Shown here: positions 40,201 through 53,590 of the stretch, piece by piece
Numbering within the stretch: the stretch's first letter is position 1
Layout of the letters: every line of letters begins with the position of its first letter
Program-made: the position numbers and the translations under genes
Source of the DNA: Paragordius varius
Taxonomy: Eukaryota > Animalia > Nematomorpha
Length of the DNA stretch: 64,000 bases
NCBI GenBank assembly: GCA_964247055.1
Contig: OZ176054.1
Location: 4,898,001 to 4,962,000 of the forward strand
Reading direction: 5' to 3'
Notes under the pieces: model-generated
Databases searched by the model: none
Told to the model about the DNA's origin: nothing
What the model saw: only the letters and a program-made list of their open reading frames with translations

Positions 40201-40464
40201 AAAATTTAGCCATTAACACACAAGATAATTTGTTTATTATTATGTTTTACCTCCAGAGCCGGGCGTCCCGCTAGCGGAAAACTGTAGTTAAAAAGAGTCA
40301 TTTTAAAATACATTACATCATTAAATATAGACAAATTTAATTTAGTAAGGAGAAATTACATTATAATCTGAATCATCAACCAATTTCACTGTTGAAAATA
40401 TAGCACCAAGAAGGCTTGCCGATAGAAAAGTTATAAACATAATATTGAGCTCGTAAGAAATCAT
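30786..40464 (-). CDS. Unidentified multi-exon secreted/cell-surface protein gene ('gene X'); model incomplete, may be more than one gene
   Basis: One phase-consistent GT-AG chain: 38870-38953, 38587-38677, 38296-38429, 36727-36838, 36485-36630 (YLEYCIWTIRDE..|IYSDNVTFRFPYAGTFRIQVQIAD, PKD/Ig-fold-like). A second chain: 40360-40464 (hydrophobic, signal-peptide-like), 40251-40281, 40030-40196, 39685-39790. A third: ~33039-33250, 32578-~32940, 32420-32557. Further open exons at ~31379-31512 and 30786-~30990. Several junctions could not be closed. Confidence 0.6.
32353..32400. mobile_element. hAT-type terminus remnant in a gene X intron (copy at ~61940-61976)
   Basis: gaaccggaac..ggtaccggttccaatccctg; reverse complement CAGGGATTGGAACCGG. 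Related to the GAACCG array at 42115-42355. Confidence 0.55.
32558..32577 (-). other. 20-nt GT-AG intron in gene X
   Basis: gtaggataaactttaacaag. Removal joins ..NIKMFA|QLQRMRFTSRP.. and opens 46 more codons up to a GTATTG donor. Retention gives GTA GGA TAA. Conserved at 62134-62153. Confidence 0.7.
34620..35110. repeat. Degenerate inverted repeat (fold-back-like)
   Basis: ttattttaaaacatggtgaaaacggta (~34712) is the inverted match of taccgttttcatcatgtctcaaaata (~34985). Extent approximate. Confidence 0.5.
36873..38043. mobile_element. ~1.17 kb TA-flanked palindromic Tc1/mariner-like MITE in a gene X intron
   Basis: TA|CACTGTGTGCAAAAAA ... TTTTTGCACCAG|TA. Arms are inverted along the whole length, with the centre at ~37440-37530. 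Confidence 0.85.
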
Positions 40465-40715
40465 TTTATTATACAAAAAAATTGTTAAAATAAAATAAAA
40501 AATTGATCAGACTTTATATGGGTTATAATATTATTGTTAAAATCGATTAAACATATATTTATTAACAAAACTGATGCAATAAAAATGGGCTGCTACGATA
40601 TAACCTTTACAATTTGATACATATACGCATTTACGCCAGTATTTCTTGAAACTCAAACATATATTATCAAAATTATATTAAGCTAATTTAATTCTCAATA
40701 ATAATATTGTTATTA

Positions 40716-40880
40716 TACAGGTAAGCTAGGTATAAATTTTTCCAGACAAGGTGTTGTTTGTATAACAATTGTTTTTACCTATAATATTAAAAAATTAAAT
40801 TACAGGTAAGCTAGCTACAAATTTTTCCAGACAAGGTGTTGTTTGTATAACAATTGTTTTTACATATAATATAAAAAAAT
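40716..40880. repeat. Two direct copies of an 85-bp unit
   Basis: tacaggtaagctag..aatttttccagacaaggtgttgtttgtataacaattgtttttac at 40716 and 40801. Confidence 0.9.
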
Positions 40881-42114
40881 AACTTATTATTAAAGAAAAT
40901 TTATACTATAGGGTAAAAAATATTTCCAACATACATTGATTGATAGCTAAATTATCTCAAAAAAATACGTAAATTAATTTCCGGTATCGTGTAAATGTAA
41001 TGTATTACGCCCATACATGTTATTTGAATAAGTATCTCATAGTTTTATATTATTGAGTTATTATTAAAGATAATTACAATACATATAAAAATTCGCCAGA
41101 TATATTTTCAAGACTTTTGATAAATAATAAACATTCGTATGTTAATTTAATTGGATTGTGATTACCAATGGTAATTTTCTGATTATAAGTCGAATTAAAA
41201 TAAAATTCAAACCAACTCACAGCCGAAATCGAATCTTTAGAAATTTATAACCAATTATTTCACTTGTTTCTTGGTGCTATTTTACTTCGATTCTTTGATT
41301 AACTGTCTTTTATTGTTTTATGTATGCATATGTCAATTTTTGTTGCGAGTTTCTGGATTGAGAGGTCATATCCTTTTCTATTTTATTATTTCGTATATAA
41401 TCTATTGCCCTTAAATTTTTCTACACAAGTTAACCACCTCTTTGTTTTTATAAGATGTATTTCACAACAAACAATTTATTAGTTGCAATCGCTGACACCT
41501 TAGTTCCTTTCTCAGTGTTTTCCCATTATCGTGTCAATCCTAATCTTTTCCAAACTATTTATAAACTTACAGAAATCAAAAGTTATTAATCTGGGAGTTG
41601 ATTGAAAAAAGCCTTTTCCGGATTAGAGTGTTTTGGTGTCAACTTTTCTCTATTATTATAAGGATTCGCTCTCGCCTTAATTCAGGACTTGTCATACATA
41701 TACAGCTTTTAGTTTAGGAAACTCATTTCTAATATAGTGATTTTAAGTAGTTTGATTTTTTATTGTCTCTGTACGTGTCTCTTTCCTCGTTTCATCTATG
41801 TTCCAATTAACAGTTTTTTAAAATTAGAAAAAAAATGGTCATATTGATATTCTAAAACAACTACATCAGGGCTATGTTTAACCATAATTATGGTGATTTT
41901 TGCCAAAGATTTTTTCAAATAAATGATAACCAACAAAAAAATGTTTTATATATAACATGTTTTTTATCCCGACTGCCATGTGCGGCCGAAATTGAACAAG
42001 TTTGATATTAAAATTCAGGATAAATCATTTATAAGCAAAAATTTCTATTTTATAAAAAAAGATCTTCAATATTTTAAATAATTGAATTATTGGTTACATT
42101 GCATAATTTGTACT

Positions 42115-42355
42115 TGGAACCGGTTCAAAAAAAGTGGAACCGAGACCGGGTCGGTTCCGGAACAAGTAGAACCGGAACCGCGTTGGTTCTTAAGAATTTA
42201 AAAATGGAACCGGGCGGTTCCCAAAATATTGGAACCGTGGTGGTTCATAAGGAAATGGAACCGGAACCGCCTTGGTTCCTTAAAAATTTAGCGGTTCCGG
42301 AACCGGTTTCTTACATTTAGAACCGGTTTCATTTTCGGTTTCATTTTCGGTTCCA
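42115..42355. repeat. GGAACCG/CGGTTCC motif array (hAT subterminal-like) at the duplication junction
   Basis: Many GAACCG/CGGTTC motifs in both orientations within ~240 bp. ORF 42090-42320 is a by-product of the repeat. Confidence 0.75.
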
Positions 42356-43759
42356 GTTACTAAAATGAAAATTATTATTATAATAATACAACCAAAATTT
42401 AATCAAACGTGAAAGAAATATGGTTAAGCATACATCACAAACATGTTAATCCCATATTTAACGTGTTGCCCCATATTGTACAATCTCAAAATATGCGTAA
42501 ACCATGCTAAATAAAGGCGAGATAAGGCTTTGTCCTAAAAAATATTAATAAAATTTTTTAAAAGCAAAACAATATTTTAATATTTTAATTTCTTATTACG
42601 GATCGGACGCCTCTAAAATGAGCAGGTGTATAAGCTCAACGCAAATAATCCGATATTTTGTAATGAAATTATATATTGTGACACATACAAAAAATCAATA
42701 TTTTGCTATAAAATTTTTGTCAAGCGAATTTAAGGTAGTTTGAGCACGGTGGAAATGGTAAAAAAACTTAGGGATATAAAAATACTTATTATCTTCCATC
42801 ACCTAAGATTTTATTCAAAAATGTGTTTAACTTGAAACTTCAAACGATTGTTTGTTAAAAACAGAATATGTACTGAACTTAAATATGTCGACAAACAAAA
42901 TTCTAACAATTTGTCCGTGATATTGGGGTAGTTTATATCCCAGAGTTCAATCTTATGAATAAACTGCTGTTTAAAAGGTTAATATGGTTAAAATTTAATT
43001 ATTAAACTTTGTTTTCTTTTATCATATAAAAACACAGTTTTGTAACTTCTAGAGTCTATTAGCTCCAAATCACCAATCAAATAAACAGCTGATATCAATA
43101 AATATCAAGATTTTATTGATTGAATGACTTGATAGCTTACTAAAGTTAATTTCTAATCATGATATACCTTAATTTGCCTATAGAAAAAAATGGCGGCTGA
43201 AACGTTTGACATGAGGCTTTTTTATTTTAGATTTGTTAAAAAAAATATATATGAAGCATGCACCTTCAATATTTAAATTCGGTCAATTTAGATACTTTAA
43301 AAAAGTTCAAATCGCTCAACGATATAATACCAAAAGGTGACGAAGTGGTAATCAAAAATCTGAGAATATAAAAATATTTAACATCATTGAATTATAAAAA
43401 GTGTTTATCTAATATCTTAGTGTCTTTTGTATCCTGCTTCACCGTTAAAACTCGCTTTAACAAATTTTAATAAATTTATTTAAGAAATATTCAATTTACC
43501 CGATAAAACTTTTTTTGATGGTAAAATCTAGCATGTAAAAATATTATTCACAAAATCTCGGCATTTTTGCGTTTTTATGAGGTAACTGGCTCAATATATG
43601 GGGCAAAATTTTAAGACTTTCGGAGTCCTTATTTAAAAATTGCGCTTTCTCATTAGTATATCATATATTTTAATATTCTGAATAAAGGATATGGCTTTTA
43701 TCAAAAAAAATTAACAAACACAAATCTGCGCAATTTTGCCATTTGATATGAGTAACAAC

Positions 43760-44271
43760 TAGGGTTGTGCATTTGACTGCTTTTCAAAAAAGTCCGGTCA
43801 GACCCGGTCAGACCATGGTCATGATCATGACCACTTTACCTAAGTAAATACCATTCGATATTGGATTATGAATTACTTCTGAAATTTTAAATACCTCGCT
43901 TTTAATACTGGATATTCAAATAAAATTTTTCCTGTTTCTTTTACACTTTCTTTGATCATTGAAATATCCAATTATAAAATGTTTTTTCATTTTATAGGTT
44001 CACATATACGGAATAATTGAATATTTTATAAAAAGTTGGATTGTTCTCTGTTTCGAAATAACTGGATATGCTTAAATGCTAATGTTTTAAGGATGCATGT
44101 TTAGCATTTTATTTATAAATAAGCAAATTTAATATTTATATATATATTAAATAACTTACTATTTTTCTTCCAAAAAAAACTACCAGCAATTTTTCAAAAA
44201 ACAGCTGAAATGACCATGGTCAAAAAATAAATAGTCACTGACCTGGTCATGACTTGGTCAGCACAACCCTA
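43760..44271. mobile_element. 512-bp hAT MITE (unit 2 only)
   Basis: TIR TAGGGTTGTGC/GCACAACCCTA and perfect 8-bp TSD GTAACAAC. Empty site gagtaactaccataaaagtgg at ~9095. Confidence 0.95.
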
Positions 44272-46229
44272 GTAACAACCATAAAAGTGGTAATAACTTC
44301 TCATATCACTCGCACCCAAATGCAAATGTAGCATGAGAATCCTGATTTATTATCAGATTGTATATTTCAGGATTAGTAGGCACATTTTTTTACGGGATTT
44401 TTTATTATAGGTGACTAATTTAGGTACCAATATTTTGGTGAAAAGCGAAACAATAATATTTTATTTTTGGGGTTATTGAGCTTAAAACAAATTTCTTAAT
44501 TTTTTCTATGGGTTCGAAAAATATTAACTTCACACTGAGCATATCACCCGTTGAAATGTTAAGCATACTTTTTCCTTAAAAAATGTTTAAAGTCCGTTTA
44601 CTGAAATTTAACAAAAAGCCTCTAAAGTATATTACACTAAGTATCCTGTATAAAATTATAAATACTCTTTTATCACATAATTTATCGGCTCCACATTATC
44701 ACTTTTAGGCCTTTAAAATTTTCCATTCCTTTTGACGTTAGATTTAAAGTTGAATTTGAATGCGAAAGCTTTATATTAATTAGATGGCAATCCTTTGGTT
44801 GTAGCTTACTAACTAATCAATTCGTCAAACTTTTTAGGCGATTTTTACGCAAAAAAGTTTATGGCAACATAAATTATTTGATGAAGAATTAAAAAATTAT
44901 ACATTATGAATTTTATGCGGTCTCCCTTGTAAAATCAGCTTTGACTTTATTAGTTATAATAATTTTCGTATTGTTAAATATTTTAAGATGGGATTACCAT
45001 ACCCATTGAGGGGGGCTTCCTGATATTCATCAAATGTAGTATTTAAATTTAAAAAAAAATATTTTTTCAAAACACTAATTTATTAAATGCTGATTTTTTG
45101 TGGAATGATTACACATATATTTCCAATTATGTTTTCCGGCATGTTTGGTATTTTGCTAAACTTTTGATTTTCGGGATCTCATTCACAACTTTTTAATTTT
45201 AGGTCATTTTGGCTTTTAATCCTCCCATTATATAGATACGTTTATCTACACGCATTTTGAAATTATATAGGAAAATCACATATATCATAAAATTTAAAGC
45301 AAAAATAAAATCAAACCCAAAAACACACAACCAAAACGTAAACGTGGAATTTTCAAGGATGTTATAAGCTCCCATGTTCTAGTAGCTTGATTTAAATATT
45401 CAATAGAGTTTAAACTAAGAATTTTTTTGTCATTGACCGCAGCACCCCCAATGACATATAATTTACCATTGACACTAATCATTGCGTGATAGGAGCGTGC
45501 AATAAGTAGTTTGGGCCTATGAAACCATCTGTATTATAATAATTTATTGTATGGATTAAATTTTATATAAAAATGGAAACGCATCATAATTTTTTTATGT
45601 ATATTAACCACTTCTCCCATGATTCCCTTTCATATTGGGCTTTTTAAAATTAAAAGCATTATAAAAAAATTGGTTCTTATACTAACTCTTCATTTTCTAG
45701 ATATTTTTTTGAGTGATCGAAGTTGAACCTATATTTCCAAAAAGCTGAGTATATTGGAAATGGGTCAAAAACAAATAAATTAATCAGAATATTTTTATTC
45801 CACATATCTAATTATATAGGCAGTTAAAATAATTAAAAATTAATTTTTTTAAGGGTGATGACACGTATATTCAATAATGCATCTTTCCATAAACGGGGAT
45901 GTAAATAATGAAGACACAAACTCTTGATAATTCTACCCAAATAGAGCAACTAGATTAAACTTTTCAACTATATTTTATTCATTAGTTATTAATAACGAAA
46001 TAATCAAGGAACGTCTTAATATTTATCCTTTATACAAAATATATATGATGATAAAATGTATGATTTTAAAAATAGTTGCAATGTATACAGTTTCAGTCTC
46101 ATTCACTTATTCTAGCATGAATGTGCAATAAGATTTTCTTTGTAAATTAAGTCAAAAAGTTTCTTATTATCAAAAAAATAACGTTATTTTTACGAATCAA
46201 CTACCGCAACAATTCATAAGACTTTAGAA

Positions 46230-48332
46230 CAGTGGTACTCACCAAAAAAATTTGACGGGCCAAATAAAACATATTTTTTTTCGAGGGCCATGAACTTTAT
46301 AATGGCAAATATTCCATAGCTATTTGACACATACGCACATATTTTTACTCTAAATCAGCACAATGAATTTTTTGCGAGTCGCATGTAAATCCAGCTAAAA
46401 ACTCGTTTTGCACCATTTAGTTTTAAAAATAAAAATATTTTGATATTAACCAATAATTTTTGACAAATTTGGTTTCGCCTCATGGCAGGCCAATCTTAAT
46501 ACGTCGTCCATATGATCATTAGTTAAGCGATTTCGGTATGTATTCTTGATACACTTCATTTTTGAATATACCGTCTCACACGTGTAAGTTGATGGATAAA
46601 CAGTTAAGATAACTTGAGCACATTTTTTTATATTTTCATATTTATTTGGCACAACTTGACAAAACTCTACATCTCTTTCTTTTCTACGATTTTCTCTAAA
46701 TATAGCTTCCAGATTGGAATCATTTTTAATATCAACGAATTCTCCAATGATAAGCGCCTGATCAAAACCGAAAAGCTCAAGTTGCTTAATGTTGGATATA
46801 TCCATTTGTCATGGATTAGTTTTAAGCAATTTTTAATATTTTTTAATTCTTGAAATCTGAATTTCATCTCATTAGATAAAAATGTTAAATGATTGTGTAT
46901 TATTAAATTAATCTCCGCGGTAAATTCCATATTTTCTTTATAAATCGTTTTAAGTGTAGGAAAATGTAGGAGTGTTTTATCTGTAAAATCTTGTTTATAT
47001 ATTATTATTTTTTCTTCAAAAGCAAATATATGATTAGCAAATTGGGTTTTTATTTTGCTCCCTTGAAGACTTGTATTAAAAGTACTAAGTTTATAAGTAA
47101 TGTCGCAAAGGTAGGCTAATAAAACACACCATTTGTCACCATCAATTTCCTCGTCAAACTTTTTGTTATCTTTTATAAAAAATAGAATTTCATGTCTTAA
47201 ATCAAAAAATCTATTCAATACTTTGCTAAGGCTTAGTCATCTCACAGCGGTGTACAAAAGAATATCATCAACTGTGGATATCTTTCAGAAGGTTTTTGAA
47301 TTTTCTGCCACGGATGTAGTTTACTATATCCACAGCCGTTTTAATTACTAAATTTAGTGAATCTTTTACACGCGAAACCAAGTTTTGCTGACGAATAAAG
47401 CAGTGAAAGGATTTTAAAAGAGGAATAAACCCTTTGTTTATTCCAATCATAGAGGGACAGCCATCTGTGCAGATCGAAACCAATTTTTTCATAGATATAC
47501 CATTATTATCGAAAAAGGTGCTAATTATTTCAAGAAAATCACTGCCTTTTGTGGTATTATTCATTGGTAAAATTTCAAATATTCCTCGTTGATTATGTTG
47601 TCGTTGCAAAATCTCACGAAGAGCGCACATTGAGGTGTTGAACTTATATCAGTGGTAGAATCGATTGCAATACTGAAGTATTTGCAGTTTTTCAGAGCCA
47701 ATAATGTATTGTTAAAAATATATTTCTTTCCTCATGATTTTCTGGTAATTTATGAGTATGATGGATTTTAAAATGTCTTTCACTATTGTATTTTTTTATA
47801 ATTATGTTGTCCTATACAGGTAGCAACATTGATATTTACTACAAAAAAATTATTTTCCCATTATTTTTTAAAGGAGCGATTTTCATTGGATAATTTACGT
47901 TTTTTGGCATTAGATGTCATCCTTTGAATTTATGTTTAAATATTATGTAAAAAATAGGAATATAAATTGAATTATGCTATAAAAAACAGGTCGAAATTTA
48001 ATGATGTCGAGTTGAAAAATATTTTATGGGAATGAGTTATAAAAAGGATGCAGGATAGCAATGAAATGTATGTGCAATGGGTGAAAGCAAAAAAGAAATG
48101 CAATAAAAATTTCAAAAAGAAAAGAAAATAGAATATAGAAAAAGAAACAACGTGTGCCCATAAATCATAAATTTTAAAATCATTTTAATGTAGGAAAATT
48201 TTTCTACATTTCAAATCGGGTAAAAAATAAATATTAATTAAAAAAAATTTAAGTATCAATATGGTCATAGGGGAATTTTAAAGCACACTTATGGCCGCAT
48301 GCGGCCCGCGGGCCGCGGTTTGAGTATCACTG
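46230..48332 (-). mobile_element. Buster/SPIN-type hAT element, frameshifted and internally deleted (unit 2 only)
   Basis: TIR CAGTGGTACTCA/TGAGTATCACTG and perfect TSD CTTTAGAA. Empty site at ~10885. ORF pieces: SICTDGCPSMIG, HCFIRQQNL, YPSTYTCETVYSKMKCIKNTYRNRL. Confidence 0.95.
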
Positions 48333-48675
48333 CTTTAGAAACTTGGAGAATCATTGTTAAAGAAATTATATTTTACAGGTAAAAACTAGTGCTCTTTCAT
48401 ACTTTTTGTGCGTCATATCAAACACTTCAACGTTTTTTGTCATTTTAGCCCTATCATCCTGACTTGATTTGACTATTCCCCCTGAAATCCATATTTGATT
48501 TTCATGAACACATGCTGCTAAAGCCATATTACAGTCTAGTATAGATTCTATGCATTTCCATTCCTTTTTCAACAAATCATAGCTTTCAACCAAATCTAGT
48601 TGACTTTAAATTTTACAAAAATTAAAAATGAAACTCTAGAATTATAAAAAAATGGATAGGAAAACAAACCCGCAG

Positions 48676-48716
<41 letters not shown>

Positions 48717-50931
48717 TTCATAAAATAATTTAAAATGATTGATAATGTAACAGAGTTACTGATTTACGTTTAATTTATACGAGACGTCTGTAATACTAAA
48801 CTAATTTTTTCCTATATATATTTTGAATGATTGATACTTGAATTTACAAATATAACTTATATTCAGAATCAGCTCCCCCAAGCACATATATTTTCCCATT
48901 ATGAACGAGCATTAGATGGTCGTATCGTTCTTTCGTCATATTTTGCAATTTAATCCATTTTCTATGTTGGAATTTATGCAATTCATTTCAGGTTTTGTCG
49001 TTCGGGAGAGTGCCTTCTAAAATAAAATAAAATTTCTGGTGATATACAGTAAAAATAGAGATTATAAGGACAAAACATAATATAAAGACATTTTTTTTAA
49101 AAGACAACTTTACTTTTCTTAACCATAATTTTTCCCTTATAAACTATTTATAATTGTGAATTATATAATTGATTGCGTTACAATATAAATTACTATTTCA
49201 TGGTTTACAGTTTCGATGAGTTATATTAAAAAAAATTAATATATAAAAAATATGGTTGTTTTTTAGGAAAAAATATTTTTCTCTAAATTTTGTTTTGTTC
49301 GTATTTTAATTTTACTGTATTTTTACAGTATTCACTTCTATATTTAACATAAAAATATTGGAAAGCTTTTAATTATGCTAGATATATATCCGTTTGGATT
49401 TACAAGCATACGCTCAGCGAAAATTGAATCAAATTAAACACATATTTTAAAACATTTCGCTCAAATTATATGCATTACATTCGTTAAAGTGAACTCAATA
49501 AATATTTAATAAAATGGCTGTACCAGAAATATATATAATATTGTCAATTACACAGGCTGCATGGTGGCTAAGTGGATACGGTAATTCAAATCCGAATTTT
49601 GACCAAACACCGGATGCAGGATTAAATAAAAAACATTTTTTTCGCAAATCACTTTCGATCAAGGTATCGCCCGATGTCCCACCAATACTTAGGATGTATT
49701 CTTTAGCCTAAAATACAATATTTAAAATATTCTTAGCATGGTTATTATTTATTATCGCCTTTATTGGTAGAAAATTGTGATTAAATAAATTACGTTAAAC
49801 AGGCTTGAACTTTTTTTCATGCATATAAGACATTGTTTGGATATCTCAGCATGTGGCGATTTTCGAGGAGGTGGTATTTCAAAAAATACTTTATCCAATT
49901 GACCGTTTTCTTTACATGTTTGATACCTAATTGAATTATATATCAACCAATTTACAGGTCCATAATTGGTTTCATATTTACAATTTATAATTCCATTAAA
50001 TTTGCTATATTTAAACAAATGACATTTAAAGTTTGTTTATTTTTAAAGCTGTACTAGTTGAAAAAATTGTGTCTTGTCAAAACATATTGTCAATATATTA
50101 TTTTATATTTAGTAAACGAGTTATTTGTATCCCGCCAAAAATTTCAAATACCTTTTATTATGACTACTTCTTAAACCAGCTAATACAAATCGCTTTGTGG
50201 GCCGCATTTTCGCTTCATAAAATCTGATGGGTCGCATTCGTCAAATATATTTAGGCATTAATCAAATTTTTATTAAATTTCAAACATACATAAAATGTAC
50301 AGTAAGGAAACTTAATTAAATTGGTAAAACTTTGTATTTGAGAACTCGCGGGTTTTGGAGGGTCGCATGTTACACACCTCTGCTTTAAACTATGCATAAA
50401 TTCAAAAGTAAAATATTTTGATTCAATATTTGTTTATGTAAAAAAACTTAAAGGGATTGGAGTAGCAAAATGCCTTGTTAAAATGATGTGCACAAAATGG
50501 ACTTAATCCCAAGTATTCTTTCCCAAATGCCGATAGCAAATCCGGAACATCAATATAAACCATACGGACACGTTCAAATATCTCATTACTGAATTTCATT
50601 CGTCCTTCTTTGTCAGCATGAATCCATCGAATAGCTGCTCTTAGAACATCTACCTATTGAATAAAATATTTTAGATTTTTCAAATTTGGACATTGACTTC
50701 ATATTATTAAACCAGCTCGGCCTAATCCAAACAATAACTTTTAACGGGTGTAAAAATATTATTTACTAACCAAAAATTAAAAAACCTAGGCCAAATAGGT
50801 CCGGATTTTAAAAAGGAAAGTTTGAACCAGAATCAATTATATATAATATAATATTTTAAAATTCAATTAATTGGCTTTACGGTAAAATATCATCAGTTTA
50901 ATTTAAAGTGTATGTTATGGATTTTACTTAA

Positions 50932-51494
50932 CACTTTGATACAAATTAAAGTATCTAAATACCCTAGACTATATTTAAGTTGATATTTTAACAAACTAGT
51001 GAAAGAAACGGTCTTAATTCAAATTTCAACTTCTATTTTATTAAAAAATATACAAATAAGTCGAAATATCAAAATAAAATTTAACTTTGATAAAAACGTC
51101 CCATATTAAACTACTTCGACGCAATTTTACAGCTTTTTTGCAAACTATTGTTTATTTAATTTTTAATAAATTAAAGCTATTTTGTTTAAATCACATCAAA
51201 CATTGATAGAAAGAGAAAAAGTAGTTTATTTTGTGTTATTTTAAAATTAAACTAATACACACATGTAATGTAGACTAAATTTTAACTTTGGGTATTATTT
51301 TAAAATAAGTTTTATTAAGTATATTTGAATAATTTATTTTATATTTCCGTTTATTAATGTTATATAAATGCAAACTTTTGTTATGGTTACAATTTATTCC
51401 ATATATTTGAAATATTTAATTTTAAACAGGCTTGGGGTATCTAACGACCCCAATTTGAATCGAAGGATTGAAATAAATGTGTTGTTTCCAAGAG
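50932..51494. mobile_element. piggyBac-like MITE, unit 2 orthologue of 14943-15497
   Basis: TTAA|CACTTTGATAC ... CCAAGAG|TTAA. Confidence 0.75.
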
Positions 51495-51884
51495 TTAAAG
51501 GAAATTAATAAATACCTCTTTGTCAACAGATAAATAATCGTTTTCCAATAATTTTTTTATGGTGATAGCGTCTAGCTCAACAAAAGTTTTACTACATACC
51601 AAATCAATAAATTTTTCCGTTAAAATTCTTTGATATTTGTCATCAAGAACTGTGAGAGCTGGTACTTGTTTTAACCCGTCCAATGCTTTACATATATCAT
51701 CCATTGGTGTTGATATAACATGAATTAAAAATTAATATTAAAAAAAATTATGATTGAAACAGGACCATTTTGCTTGGATATCAGAGAAATTTTTCAGATA
51801 CCGTGATGATATAAAATTTGAATAATACCGGGGTCCTTATCCGGATGAAAAAAGATAAGATTTTTTTAACATTATGTTTGTAAT

Positions 51885-52330
51885 TTAATTATTATTATTA
51901 TTATTATTATTACATTACATGTTTTCACTCGTGAGAGCGGTCATGGTATACAACCTGTCTCGCCATAGAACTCTAGCTATGGCGTCCTCTGTATTAAGCT
52001 CGTATTCTGCTAGCTCTCTTTTTACTGTATCTATCCATTTCGTTTTAGGCCACCCACCTCGTTTTCCCTCAACTATATGACTATCTATTATTTTTGCAAT
52101 ACATTCCTTTGTGCCCGAATCAACGTAGCCTATTTTTTGACACTCTTCCTATTATTGGTTTAATATCTGTGCTCCCACGAATAAATCTATTCTCAATTCT
52201 GTCCTTTCTTGTTAGCCCACACATCATTCTGAGCATTTTCATTTCAGTCACGTTAAAATGTCTTTCTTCCTATTTTTCGACACCCCACGTCTGTAAATTA
52301 TACATCATTGAGGGCTGGACAACTGAACTG
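51885..52330 (-). mobile_element. 5'-truncated RTE LINE with a (TAA)n tail (unit 2 only)
   Basis: Minus strand reads IVEGKRGGWPKTKWIDTVKRELAEYELNTEDAIARVLWR then (taa)n. Same family as 5080-6150. Confidence 0.8.
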
Positions 52331-52539
52331 TAAATCTTTTATATTGGAGCTAATAATAATATATATTTAATTCATTAATTATTTCGTTTAGTCAACAACT
52401 TAATCTTCGATATTTAACTATCATTAATTTTTTACGTCCTATTTTACGTTTTGGGGTTGTTTTATATCCCAGAGCCAGGTTTTTACAGTTTTAAAAGTTA
52501 TTTTGGTTAAAATTTAATCATCAGACACTGTTCTCATAT

Positions 52540-52870
52540 AAGGGCTTTTTAAACTATGGGTCGCGCTCCATTTGGGGTCGCGAATTACGAAAACAATTAT
52601 ACAATAAATGTTTTTTTAACTTGTAAAATATATATTTAAGGAAAAATAACAATCATCGTAGATAATAAAACCGAATAATTCTGATAAATATTATCAAACA
52701 TTTGTTATTGTTATTTCGAAGAAACTAGTTAAACATTTCGTGTTATTTTCTTTAGCCATTGTATGATTGTGAAGAAGAGCATGTTATGCCGTATTAGTCA
52801 GTTTAAAAAAAATACCATTTATACTCGTATTTGTTGGATCCACCACCAGCTAGTTAAATAAATTTATTTC
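52540..52870 (+). mobile_element. Left part of the Buster-like hAT element, unit 2 orthologue of 16777
   Basis: agggctttttaaactatgggtcgcg..tttggggtcg, continuing like 17445-17745, without the nested MITE. Confidence 0.75.
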
Positions 52871-53087
52871 TCTTGGTGAAAGTATTATAGTTGATGAAAG
52901 ACATATTGACAAGGCATTTAACGATTTTTTATGATTTTATGTTTATTATTGTTTTTTTAATAAATAGTTTTAAATATTTGACAAGTTTTATAACAATTAT
53001 CATCAACTACATAATTTTTCCTGTAAGACATAAACAGGTATTTATTGTATTAAATTATTGGAAAATGTATTCAAGATAATGGAAAAT

Positions 53088-53590
53088 AAAATGATCCACA
53101 TATGTAGATTATTTCGAAACATTATTTAATATCTATGATCTCATAAAATTTTTATAACGGTGCATTCATACTAATATATTGTTTACTTGGGGGAAAAATA
53201 GATAAAAAATTATTTTTGTGGACTGTTTTTTGAAAAAAATGGCATTTTATGGGGGGAGCGGGCAAAAAGAGGGCCTAAATTAAAAAAGCGAGATGACTAT
53301 GTTCGGCGCAATCGAAAATAAGTAAACAAAAATCATATTTTAAATTGAATGATCCAACACATTCTCCGGAAAATTGTCTTAAAGCGATTTTTGTGGACTT
53401 CTGTTTTCAAAAAAAACCGTTTTTCACACGGGGTGGGCCCGAATCGAAGACCTAATTCAAAAAAAGGGCGAAGCAATTGTCGGGGCATTCATTAATGATT
53501 ATATTTTTTCGATATTTGGATTTGAATGAATCTACCGGTTTTCCGGAAGCAGATCACAAAGCCAGCATTTTCCATATTTTTATAAATATA
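53088..53590. repeat. Dispersed repeat, second copy of 12335-12850
   Basis: Direct colinear match. Confidence 0.8.

Larger units (their letters stand above)
7140..42400 (+). repeat. Tandem segmental duplication, unit 1 (~35 kb)
   Basis: Colinear matches to unit 2: 7140/42420, 10155/45294, 10922/48366, 13540/49514, 15498/51495, 25100/57740, 29390/59007, 32305/61899, 34400/63910. Boundaries approximate. Confidence 0.9.
45083..51704 (-). pseudogene. Kelch-like paralogue, pseudogenised
   Basis: Same eight exons as unit 1. TCA->TGA stop at 48988-48990 in exon 5, GG->EG change in Kelch repeat 2, frameshifting deletions in the last exon, exon 2 donor GT->CT at 50465 (an in-frame GT lies 18 nt downstream), and a hAT insertion in intron 6. 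Confidence 0.88.

Noticed and set aside
41200-41800. Possible decayed non-LTR retrotransposon on the minus strand
   Set aside because: Only vague fragments and no diagnostic RT motif, so it is not supportable as a feature.
42090-42320. 76-aa ORF with EP repeats
   Set aside because: Arises from the GGAACCG motif array.
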